The translations under genes and the position numbers were made by a program. A DNA stretch of 64,000 nt. Source: Vicugna vicugna (taxonomy: Eukaryota). Below the pieces are notes generated by a model. It was not told the DNA's origin. It was given only the letters and a program-made list of their open reading frames with translations, and ran no database searches. Below, in pieces: positions 12,176 through 23,900 of this stretch (position 1 is the first letter of the stretch; every line of letters begins with the position of its first letter). Location: contig MU058824.1 in NCBI GenBank assembly GCA_013265495.1, positions 4,429,111 through 4,493,110 on the forward strand, written 5' to 3'.

Positions 12176-15100
12176 TGGCTGAAAGAATATAAAGAAATTA
12201 GGTGACTGCTGGAGAGGGATGTGGGTTCAAGAAGAGGCATTGTACTTGGGCTAGGAATACAATAGTAAATATATGTTATGCTAACTTCATCCAGTTTATA
12301 GTCTGATGGTAGAACAAAGTCTAGACAAGAGAAAAGGATATAAGGACACTGACAAATTAAGAGGGAAGCTGAAAGCCTCCATTTTCTCAGTGAAACAGAG
12401 ATTAGGTCTGAAAACAAAAAGGTTGAGATGGGGTTGAAGTCTTGAGGTGAAGTAGAAATCTCAACAGTCATTTTGGAGAACAAAGGAAGCAACTATAGAG
12501 GCTGCTCAAACTTGTGTTCTGTGAAACACTGTTTCATGAATTGTTATTATCTATCCCTCAAGAGAAAACGTTTTGTGTTCAAATAAATTGGGAAATAAAG
12601 GATTAAAAAGTTAAAGAGAATTCTTTACTGCAGGACTTCACAAAGCCTTCAATATGTTAATATGCATTATTAATCTCCTAAAAAGGGATCTAAGATTTCT
12701 CAGACCACAGAATACTTTTTCCATGCAACTTACTAACATTCCAGAATGCCAATCTGAGAAACGTCATATTAGAGAAAAGGAAAAATGTTGCCAAGCAGCA
12801 TTATGGGCCCAGAGAAATTAAAAAGTCAGCTATAGAGATAATCAGCAGGGGCATGATAATACTCTAGAGTACAGCTGACTGGACAAAAAGATACAGCTGG
12901 ATTGGTTAGGACTTGTTTATAGACTGCCAAGTCAAAAGAGACAAGGACATGAAAATATTGTATTTCAGGCAGCTAGATCTGAATACAATGGTTTAAAATA
13001 TATATTTGCAACATAATCTCTTCAAATGCAATGTATATAATTTCAGTATACAAATTAGATGAAAGCAGAGCTTTTTTCTGATTGAAGGCAGGATTAGTGT
13101 GGGAAACAGATGAATAAATGAGTGAAAAATAAAAGTCCTCTTTAGATCTTACCAACAAGACTTTTAAGTTCAAAACTGGAAATTGTTACTCCGTAAAATA
13201 ATGACAAGGGTATATGATATTACTGACATACTACTATAGCTTAGTTTCATAAAAGACTATTTTGGGATTGGCTTTCTAATACTATTTCTATGCAAAAAGG
13301 TATCTTAATGCTCTAAACATCTGACTCAAAAATCATGAAGAACATACAGAAATTTCATTAAGTTTCAGAAATTTAATAAAAAGTTCTTTGCTTATAAGCT
13401 GTAGTTACTTTCTTAGAAGCTCTAACTCGAGAGAGGGCACACTCACCCATGAGCTGTTCTCTTAACAACCCTTCCTCCCCTGCCATGCCGCCTCGTGCCA
13501 CCCCCTCTTCTGAGATTCTGTCAGATCCCCAGCCTTATTAGAATGGGGAGGGCGGGGGGGGGCAGTCTCTCCTGAGATACTGATGTGCTCTTTAGAAGTG
13601 CTCAAATTTTTGCCACTTTCTACTATCCTTCAACACAAAGGTCACAGAAGGGCAGAAAATCCAGCTGATCAAGAGCAAAGATAACTCAGGATAACACATG
13701 GTCCCAATAAGCACAGGCTTAGCAAAAAGTAAACAATCAGGCAGACAAGAGTCTGACTTGGGCCTAGGGATTTTTTGAAAAAAATTTCTTGGAGCAAAGG
13801 TCTATTTAGAACAGAAACATAAAACATGTCATAGTTAAAACTCCAATAACAATGGAAGGTTTTATTAAAAATATAAAAGCTCATTTTTTCCCTACTTAGT
13901 GGTGAAGATTAAATTTACACTGGAGTAAGCCTCAAAGTTAAACTTTTAAAATAATTCTTTTTTTATTATGAAACTCCAAAATCTGGAAAAGAAGAAAAAT
14001 GATCTAATACGCCCACTGCCCTGCCAGAATGTGTGTGATTTTGACATATTTCCTTCTAGTCTTTCCAAAAGACTTCCGAACTTCTGACAAAATGGTATTA
14101 AAGAGAGCAGCCTGAAGTCTTCTGGTAATAATGCCCTTCCCCCTCCCAACCAAGCATTCCTCTATAACAGTACATTTCCTCCCTTGAGAGGACTGCCACC
14201 CTCCTGGAACAGGCTAGGGGACCTACGCTCCATTACATTTTCCACAATATTTTTAATGTTAACTATCATTATATTAGTACACATTTTTCTTCCTTTGAAA
14301 CAACAAAAACTTACTAGAATCTTTAACACAGCATATTTCTCAAGAATGTTCACAAAGGGACATCAATTCATATGCCTTCATTAAGAATGGGAGCAAAGGA
14401 TTCAAATGCAATTAATGCAGCAATTAAAGGTCTTTGTCTTTCTTAGAGCTATCAAAAAGGAGTAACTGGGTCATTCAACTATTAGAGTGCAAAAAAACAA
14501 AAAAAAACAAAAAAACCCAAAAACCTCTCCAAGGCCTAGTGTTTTATACAAGAGAAGACAATGAATTCTAGAAATGTTTTGTTTTTATAATTTGATTCTA
14601 ACCTAATTTCTTCAAAACAGTATAAAATGGAACTGAACAGATAAAAGTAAATCTGTTCAAAATAAAACTTGACATTGACATGATGAAAATAAAGAGCACA
14701 GGTGTTACCCTTATTAAAGACAGGTTGGGTGTCATATTTTCCATTCTTATTCTAAGAGTCTGTAATTATAAAATTAAAAAAAAAACAATTACTAAAGGCC
14801 ATGTATATTGGGTTTAAGAAGGTATTAGTGTAACCTAGGAATAGGCAAGCAGAATTATACAATAATTAGAAACATCAAGGTTTGGCTGCTGGTTTGGGCC
14901 ACATGTGTACTAAAGATAGGCAAGTAAGCAGGAAGCACATGCTCCAGCCACAAGGGAAAATGCAACTTCTAAGACCAACCAGCATTTAAAAAAACAAACA
15001 CATACTCTAATCTAAAATTAAAATATTCACAGAATTATAGGATTTCTGAAGTTAAAAGGGATTTTGCCACAGAAGCCTCCCCAAAGCTGTAATTCAATGT

Positions 15101-15470
15101 GGTTAATGAAAAGCCATTCTTGTTTTCTTTTCTAAAGAAAATGAAGATTCTTTCTAATTAATGTCTTCCTAAAGAATTACTAAAACAGAAAAAAAATATA
15201 TTATATATAAATATAAATATAAATATAAATATAAATATGTATTTATCCCACACTGTTGAGGGGCAAAAACTAAACCTGAGCTGATAGTGGAAAAAGATCA
15301 TTCTAAATAAAAAAGATCTTAATAAAAAATTTGATCTGACTTTTAATCAAATTTACATTTTCAAAATACTTTACTGACAATCACTTTAAATTTAAAAACA
15401 TTTAAATGACAACTGCAACTTTAACTTATAAGTACATTCTTGCAATTGTCACATTTACCCCTTTAAAAAT

Positions 15471-15479
15471 GTGTGTGTG

Positions 15480-15546
<67 letters not shown>

Positions 15547-15562
15547 ATATATATTTATATAT
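15471..15562. repeat. Compound microsatellite (GT)n(AT)n(GT)n
   Basis: Directly visible. Confidence 0.95.
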
Positions 15563-17139
15563 AACATAATATCAGCCAAGGAATAGCCAAACAGTTAAAT
15601 GATTATCTATATTCTCACCACCTGGATTCAACACAGCTAACATCTAGACAGATAAATACTTTGTTTTCTTTTTCTGAATCACAAGTTACAGATGTCCTTC
15701 TCCACTGCTTGCCTCATACTGCACTGCTGCAACAGCCAATTACGCTCATTTGCTTCTATTACCAATATGACTACCAGATTAAGTTTCAAATAGATCCTGC
15801 ATGCTGTCACTCTTCTAATCAGGGACCTACAATGACTTCCTGCTATTTCAATTCTAAATTTTCCAAGCCTTCTTCTCACCTCCCCTTCCCTGAACTTCTG
15901 TTATTTTTTAACAAGGAAAGCCTCATTTAACTTGAACACAGCCTTCTGCCTGAAATGTTTAGCCCTCTTTCTGCTGACCTAAATCCTAAACATATTTCAA
16001 GGCTTAAATCCCATCTCAACTCTTAGTAACTCTTTCTTCAACAACTCCAGGCTATGTTGGTTTTTTGGTTATTTAAGGTCTTACAATTCTAGTCAGAACT
16101 GGAAACTTTAACATTTCACTCTTCAATAATTTCATGTGTGTACTAATTGTATCTCCAGATTGAATGGAAACTTCTTGTATCCATTTAGCACAGTGCTCAC
16201 CTCAAAAAATTTATTCATTCATTGGTTAATAAGTAATAATTTCCTAGTTATACAATGCTTATTAATCAGAAAAAAATGTACAAAATGTTTATTTCTCTCA
16301 CCGTGCCACTGCCATACCACATTTCACATAGTGACCAAGTCATAATTTAGCAAACATCATATATGAGTTCTTGACCCAGGTCAAAAGACAAATTGGACCC
16401 AATCATATGCACAGGTACAGAGGTATGCAGCCAGTTGGTGGTGGACTCTGTAACTATAAATAAGGTCAAGACAAGTTGGGGCTGGGGAAGTTTCATGTTG
16501 TGCAGAAACCATGAGTAAAGGAGGAAGCTGGTTGGTAGAGAGTGGGAAATGCAAAAGATGCACAGACAGAAGCTATGAGAGGTAGAGAGAGAATGTCTCT
16601 AAAAGTAGTCTTGGTTCCTGGCAGCTTACCAGTTCGCACAGCAGTCCCTGAGGTTGGGCTGTGCTCAATTTCCTACCCTTCGATTTCCACGTGTTCCCTG
16701 TTAGATGCTACATAACTAGCTTCTGAATTCTGAGATACCTTGGTTTCTGTTTTTCCAGGGGTCAAAAGAGCCTTAACAGACATTCATCATTATGAAACAA
16801 CTAAAGCAAATGACTCCTAAGATTCTCACAGATGCTAATAACCAGTATTCTTGGATAATTCCCTTCCCCATTCTATGCTGCAGGACTTCCATCTATAAAA
16901 CAAGGAATCAGAAAATATGAATGTCTGGTTCCCAATGGTATATTCCATGGTCAAAATGTTTCTCTTAATACTTACTACACTTTTCTTGAAGTCTTTTGAT
17001 GTAATCTATGTGCTCTACAGCATCCATTGCATTATGTACTATATACTTGATTAAATCACACGCTTTCCCCTCAAATATATTCATATTTAGAATATAAATG
17101 GATACGTACTAATGTAACCACATAGTGTTAGCAATTTAG

Positions 17140-18212
17140 ATATTATACACTTTTTGGTGATATTTAATGTCTGCTTTTCCCACTAAACCACAAACCTCAT
17201 GAAAGCAGAGACCATGTCTATTCTGCTTACCACATTGTATATCTAGTGCCTATCACAGTGTCTGGTGCAATTAACAGCTTAACAAATATTTGCTGAAGGG
17301 AATACTGACAGGTGTGAAATTCAGTTTAATAAGCAATGAGCCAGGGGCAGTTATTCCTAATATTCATCTTAAATATATACAAAAATGGAAAATTTGATTC
17401 TCTTCCTGACTCACCTGCCAATCCTCCAACCTGCTGTTCCCCATCTTCCCAAATTCAGTAAATGGCATCATTTTCCATTAAGGTGCTCAAGGTAAAAACC
17501 TATAAGTAATCTTTAATTCCTCTTCCCCTCACTTCCCACATCTAATCCATCAGCAATTTATCTTGAATCTCTCCTCTTCTACCTCTACCATCACTCTACT
17601 CTTAAGTCACCATTATCTCCTGCTTTGACTACTACAATGGCCTTCTAATAGCCCCACTTTTACTCCTACCCTATTACAATTACTTTTTTCCACTCAGCAG
17701 CCAGAGCGATCTAAAATAGAAATCAAAGCACATTATCTCTGACTTAAAAGTCCACTGGTTTCTATCTGCATGTAGAATAAAATCCACAATCCTTACGTGG
17801 CTTTTTGCAAGGCCCAGCACTATCTAGCTCTGGCTTACTCTCTTGCTTAAGATGTTGCAACCACACTGACCTTCTGTTCCTTCTTGCCTTAGGGCATGTG
17901 CACTTCCTGGTCCCCACCCCGAGCTTTGCTAAGGACAGCACCTTCAGTCTTCAGATTTCAGTTCTGAACTTTACCTTACCAAAGAGGCCTATCTCATCAT
18001 CATTATGTAAAGAACCACTTTCCTCTATTCACACAATTCTCTATGCTATCATCTAGTTTCCTTCATAGCATACTTACCACTCCCAGAAAACATTTTATCT
18101 GTTTATTGTCTGTCTCCCCTTTGCTGGAATGTAAGCCCCTTGAGAGCAGCAACTCTGTACCTGGAATAGTGCCTGACATATAGGAAGCACTCCAATATTT
18201 TTTGAATAAACA
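17140..18212. mobile_element. L2 fragments
   Basis: Typical L2 3' sequences (GTGCCTGACATATAGGAAGCACTCCAATATTTTTTGAATAAA; ATCTAATCCATCAGCAA). Similar L2 relics at ~4200-5300, ~10440-11230 and ~48300-48900. Confidence 0.65.
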
Positions 18213-19199
18213 AAGTCGTATGGTATCTGTTTTGCTCTTTCAAAAAACTACATTTAAAATAGATAAAAACCACCTCCTTGACATTGTCCCACTTTCTTCT
18301 ACAAGTGGCATATGGTGAAAAGTATGATTAATGAAAGATTGTTTAAATCCATAGATATAAGGCAGGAACTTTTAGTAGCACACCAGAATAAACTGTCATA
18401 TTTGGTCTATCACCAACTCTAGCTCTTTGTACAGTGTGGGCCAAGATACTTTTAGGGAAGAGAATCTGCTTCGTATTACTCTCCTCCAGATAGGCGGTTG
18501 CTTTTTCTAACTTAAAATTCTTTTTCAGGATTCTAGGCTATTACATAATTCCTGAAACGTCAACTTATTGAAACCTAGCCCTAATGTTACATCTTTCTGT
18601 CTTCTGTACTATTACAAAACATCTTAAATAGAAACAGAGAAACTACCAGATGCCATGAGCCACAGATCCTGAGACTACAGCATAGGGCCCCATCCCATCC
18701 TTCAAAGGGAACACTAGGAAGTGTTGGGGGGAGGGCTGGAGGATCAAGGGGACCAGAAAGTATTCAGGATAGGAAGTGTGGCATTACTCCAATGTAGATG
18801 GTGTGGCTAAACTTCACAAGAGTTAATAATAATTGAGCAAGTCAAATCATTACGTCTCTCACCAGCCTCCCTTGCCTCCCCTCCCCCAATAAGAATGAAA
18901 ATCTTCAAGTCAGAACAGATAAGATTTGGAAAGCCTTATACCAGAGGAGACAGGAGTACCCAATCTTGGATGGGGTAAGGAGATGGGAAGGAAGACTGAG
19001 CAGGAATACAAGCCAGGCCTTCATTGAAATATAATTTAATATTGTGTTCTTAATTTTTGTTTAGGATTGAAGAACATTTTCCACACTTTATACAAATCCA
19101 CAGTGGAAGCTTTTGTCCACTGTGTTACTCAATGCCCTTTATGTAAGGAACCAGGCAACATATGCTTCCTAGAATTTAGTACAAGTAACAAATTGCACT

Positions 19200-19343
19200 T
19201 TTATTATTTGTTTGTTTTTTTGGGAGGGGAGGTAGGTAATTAGGTTTTTATTTATTTTATTTTTAGTGAAGGTACTGGGGATTGAACCCAGGACCTTGTG
19301 CATGCTAGGCATACACTCTACCACTGAGCTATACCCTCCCCCA
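19200..19343 (-). mobile_element. Camelid tRNA-derived SINE (Vic-1 type)
   Basis: Same head sequence; TSD AAATT(G/T)CACTTTT on both sides. Confidence 0.9.
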
Positions 19344-19557
19344 AATTTCACTTTTAGATCAAACTTGGAAATTTTCGTTTTACCAAACAACGCAAACTCT
19401 ATGTTGCCACAAACTTTTAGAACTGGAAGGGCCTTTAGAAATCATCTAGCCCAGAATTTTCTGAAGTGTGCTTTAGGTGTTCTGAAGAAAAAAACAGTTC
19501 CTTAAACGAACAACTTTTTTCTTCTTTTGCATAATAATTTTATTGAGATATAAATCA

Positions 19558-19892
19558 TGTTAAATTAATTAAACAAGGAGGCCATTAGCCTGAGGTAGCT
19601 TCAATGCCTTAGTAGCCTAGTTAAGCAGACCAAAGCCTAAGCCTATAGTGCCTCAAGGTTAGGAAATTGGAATCCCAAGGACAACCAATCACAAACAGCC
19701 ACCAGGGCTTTCCCAAATAAGGCACCTGCTCAAAATATAGCCAATTACATAATTTCTTTACTTTGCTTCCATCTCTTCTATAAAAGTCTTTCCCCTAGCT
19801 CCTGTTACTTTCCAATTGGCATTGCCCAATTCAAATCAATTTTTGCTCAAATAAACTTAAAATTTTAATATGCCTCAGTTTATCTTTTAACA
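19558..19892 (+). mobile_element. ERV1-class solo LTR nested in an old L1 3' fragment
   Basis: TGTTAA...TTAACA termini, 4-bp TSD ATCA, and internal CCAAT boxes, TATAAAA and AATAAA. Confidence 0.8.
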
Positions 19893-21239
19893 ATCACACA
19901 CCACAAAATTCATCCTTTAAAAGTGTACATTTCAGTTGTTTTTCGTAGTCATAGAGTTGTGCTCACCACTATCCAATTTTGAACATTTTCATCAAACTAA
20001 AAAGAAACCCCATAACCAATAGCAGTCATTTCCCCACTCCTCCAGCAACAAGTTTCTTTACCACAGGAATCTTTGTGAATTATTGTGAATCTAAGGTGTC
20101 TAAGAGAAGAACGCCGTACCCCGTTTGGGTACGGTGTTTCCCAAACTTATTTAATAGCTAACATTTCTGTGCTTACTATAGGCTATTCTAAATGCTACAC
20201 ATGTATTACCTCAATTAATTCTCACAATAAAATCTATGAGAATTTCTATATATAATAAGTGTAGATATTAAAGCATAAAAAACTAAAGCTAAGTATTTTG
20301 TTCAAATATTCTTAACTATTCCACTCTACTATCTCCCACAGGACCGACCAATTGTGGGATTAAGAATGGACAGCTAATATTTTCTGAACCATAACTTTGG
20401 AAGTGCTTTAGTTCAATTTCTTTAACTTAATGAGAAAAATGGGGCCCAGAAAGGGAAGTTGATTTAGCCACGAATACACAGCATTCTCTTTCTCTCTCCT
20501 TTGTCTTACTGACCGCTGAATTTTAGAACCCACTTACAATCAACTATCTAACCCCAGGTTCCTGACAATTTTCTCCCTTCTTTAAATACTTGGTTTAAAA
20601 AAAAAAAAAGCCAACTTTAACACTGTAAGCTACCTTAAAACCTTGCTGGGACTGATTTTGCTCTTTCAAGGTCTGCCTCTGTGTAAGCAATGCACTTCTC
20701 CACCACTGCTTCATGTATTAATCCCAGTCATCTTTTACTATCTAGTGCCGTTGGGGAATCACTCAATTTTCTTCCCACCTAGGTGGACGTCATCTCTCTC
20801 CCTCTGCACTCACAGCCCTTCATCTCCTCTGGACACTTCTGCCTTGAATTTGAGGCGCTCATGTCCTGTTGTACCCCACCTCCTAGCCAGAGCTACTGGA
20901 GGGCAGGAATTGGCATAACTCCTTAAGCCCAGCACGTGGGAGATAATAAGCACTAAAGTTTCCTACCCACCCGCGGTTTAATTCCTCTAGAGCAAGAACA
21001 AAACTCTCAAGTCAGCCAGCCCCTAGAAAGAGAGTTCACTGATTTTTACTGTCTCCTGCCAGAGCCCAGCGCCGTCTCTGACACACAGCATACCCACAGC
21101 GAACGGCAGCAGAACTGCATTTAGAGGGCTTGGACTTGTTCTCTTCTGAGACTTCAGAAGTCAGGCAGGCTGTGGGGCCCATCAACGCTAGCTGCCCGAG
21201 GTCGGCCTTTCTGAACTGAGGGTCAAGTAACAAGTAACA

Positions 21240-22130
21240 ATAATTGTCAGGGCAGCGGTAAGGCGGCTGCACCTCCGGAGTCCCACCCAACCCTCGCGAC
21301 GAACCTGGGCGAAGGTATTTCACCCTCTTCGGACAGAGACCCGAGCCGGATGAGGGGGTAAGGGCCGAGCTGGGCGCCCCTGCCCGGTGGCTGACAGAGC
21401 AAGGCCTCGAACCTGGGTCACCGCTCCCAGTTCAGCAGACCCGGGAGGGGAGAGCGAGGGTGGAAACGGGTCCTGCTCGTCCGGCCTCAGCCGCCCCTTC
21501 TGCCTGCTGGGACCTCCGGACCCTGGGTCACAGACGTGGGCTGGGTCTGGGGGTCGCGCGCACCCCGGCCCCCTGCCCCGCGCCATCTTGGAGCGCTAGA
21601 GGCGGCCGCTCCGGACCGCCCCGAACCGTTGCTCCAGCAGTTACTTACCCGCACTGCCGGGAGCCAGGCCTCCTGCCACCTCTGCGACCCCCGCCACGGC
21701 CAGGAGAAGCAGCAGCGCGCCTCGCGGGGAGGCCCGGACAGTCGCCATGTCCGGGCCGGGGGGTCCGGAGCCGCGGGATGCTCGGACCCAGCCCGCCAGC
21801 CGCTGCGGCTCGCGGAGGCCACGCCCCGGCGGCCTGGACCCTCGGTGATTGGCTGCGGCGCCCTCAAGCCCCGCCCCTCAGCCGGCCGAGTTTCCAAAAC
21901 CTGCTGGGGGCGGGAACCAGCCTGGGACCCCGGCTCTTTGTTAAGTCCCAGCTGTGTGTCGGCTTCTGCAGCGGAGTCCCGCAGCCAGCGGAGTCCCGCA
22001 GCCCCTCCAAGAGGGGAGTCAGAGGATGTCAGAGCTGGAAGTCCCCTTAAAACGCCTCGACCTCCTGAGGTTTGCAGATAGGATCACTGAGGGTTAGCGA
22101 GGAGACCGTCCGCCCAACTACAAGTTCGCC
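21240..22130 (-). promoter_or_regulatory. RECK: RECK CpG island / promoter with CCAAT box (21848-21852) and GC boxes (21869-21877, 21906-21914)
   Basis: Sharp rise in GC and CpG around exon 1. CCAAT in the sense orientation ~100 nt upstream of the ATG; CCCCGCCCC and GGGGGCGGG Sp1-type boxes. Confidence 0.9.
21649..21748 (-). CDS. RECK: RECK coding exon 1 (signal peptide; MATVRASPRGALLLLLAVAGVAEVAGGLAPGSA-G), 100 nt
   Basis: Manual minus-strand translation matches the mammalian RECK N-terminus. ATG at 21748 in a CpG island; donor G|GTAAGT at 21648. Confidence 0.97.
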
Positions 22131-23208
22131 TGAGAACTGAGGCATAGTCCAAGGCTGAACCAAAAGGACTTCTACCTTTCACTTACCCTCAATGATCCTC
22201 TTAATAACCTTTCTGCCAGACGCTGCCTCGCACCCAAAGAAGGCGTGACACCCAGGACATCTCGGCCTTCTCTGGAATCTGAGAGGCTCTGCCACAGACA
22301 CGGTCCCCTGACAAGGGCCCCGATACACGGATTTGCCATCAAAACTCTTTGGGAAGTTTAGCCTCAATGTGTCTTTGACGTACTAAGTATCTCTTCCTAT
22401 CAAGTGGGGAGGAATGCTTGTGTATCTACATATGGAGAGCCTTGAATGCCAGGTTGGGTTTAGACTTTAAGAGACTATTTGAAGGTGGGTCCTCACTCCA
22501 CCCCTTACCCCCACAGTTAATGTACGAGAGGATTCATTTGCTATCAAATCACCCTCCACCCCACCCCACCCTGCCCCATCCCTCCCTCTTCCTCCCCCTC
22601 TCCCTCTCTTTTCCATTCCTGAGTTACATAATACTTTTTCCCTTTCCCCTTCCTTTTAAAGAAAGCACAACTGCAGTTAAATGTTTAAATTCCTCAACAT
22701 CATTAAATATCCAGTAAGTGTTTACATTTTCGTATTGTCTTATAATTTCCTTTTACCATTTTTCAAGTTCCATCTAAAGTCCGTATTTGAATTGGTTAGT
22801 ATGTCTTTTAGGTCTCTATCTATTCTCTCTCTTAGCTTTATGAAAGAAAAAATGAGTAAGTTACAATACTCTTTCTAAAACATTTGCTCTGGCAACAATG
22901 CCCTTGCTTCTCTGATAGGCCATGTCTTTTCTTACAGGATAGAAGGATGTACAATTATTCAACATGGTGTCAGAGGGTCTCAGCATTTAGACCCAATCAC
23001 CTTTTCCAGCTTCATCTCCACACTCTCCCTGCACCACTGCCACTATCCTTTCAGAACCTCTGGAACCTAGTTCCAGACCTCTTAGTTGCTTTCACAACAC
23101 GTGTCCTCTGCCAAGAATCCCCCAATTCTTGTGGTAACCCAGGTCAGCTGAGGGAACTAAGATGGTTGCTCTGGGCCCAACTGTGCCCTGGAAAAACTTG
23201 AGCAGGAA

Positions 23209-23320
23209 GTGACCAACACATCTCGATTTGTCTGGGATTGTCCTAGTTTTAAAACTGGAAGTCCCATGTCCCAGAAATCTCATTAGTCCCAGGGAAAATG
23301 GGACGATTGGTCTCCTTAGC
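23209..23320. mobile_element. MER81-like hAT MITE
   Basis: GTGACCAAC...GTTTTAAAACTGGAAGTCCC...GGGACGATTGGTCTCC with imperfect terminal inverted repeats. Confidence 0.7.
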
Positions 23321-23478
23321 TCTGTGGACCTCAGAAAATGCCATATGGGAGGCCTGAAGGGGACTTCCAGATGGAAAAATAAACTCATACAGCTAACAGA
23401 TACCACTTCCAAGGTAAATCATTAGGTGAACTGATTGCTAATAAGCCTTGGAGATGGGTCATTAGACCACTGGGCTCC

Positions 23479-23734
23479 TGTATTAGTTTCCTAGGCTGCT
23501 GTAACAAAGCACCACAAACTGGGTGGCTTGAACAATAGAAGGTTATTGTCTCAGAGTTCTTGAAGCAAGAAGTCTAAGATCAAAGTGTTGGCAGAGTTCG
23601 TTCCTTCTGAGAGCTATGAGGGAGACTCTGATTCATACCTCTCTCCTAGCTTCTGCTGGTTATTGGCAATCTTTGGCACTCCTTGGCTTGTAGTCTCATC
23701 ACCTTGCTTTCTGCCTTCATGTTTACATGAAATT

Positions 23735-23772
<38 letters not shown>

Positions 23773-23900
23773 CGTGTCCAAATTAATCCTTTTTATAAGG
23801 ACACCACTCATATTGATTTAGTGGCCTACCCTACTCCAGTATGACTAATTACATGTGTGATTCTGAGGTACTGGGGGTTATGACCTCAATATATGATCTC
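23479..23900 (-). mobile_element. MLT1 (MaLR) LTR with an internal (GT)n
   Basis: TGTATTAGTTTCCTAGGCTGCTGTAACAAAGCACCACAAACTGGGTGGCTT terminus and TTCTGAGGTACTGGGGGTTA. Confidence 0.8.
23738..23770. repeat. (GT)n microsatellite
   Basis: Directly visible. Confidence 0.95.

Noticed and set aside
11980..12492. 170-aa minus-strand ORF
   Set aside because: Spans a MER21-like LTR and adjacent repeat-derived DNA; no recognisable protein motif.
13200..15200. Apparently repeat-poor AT-rich block with TAAT motifs in RECK intron 1 as a possible enhancer
   Set aside because: Such motifs are common by chance in AT-rich DNA; cannot be supported without conservation data.
21320..22081. Several long overlapping ORFs (up to 196 aa) on both strands
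   Set aside because: Expected by-product of a GC-rich CpG island with few stop codons; the true coding part is the 100-nt RECK exon 1 in another frame.
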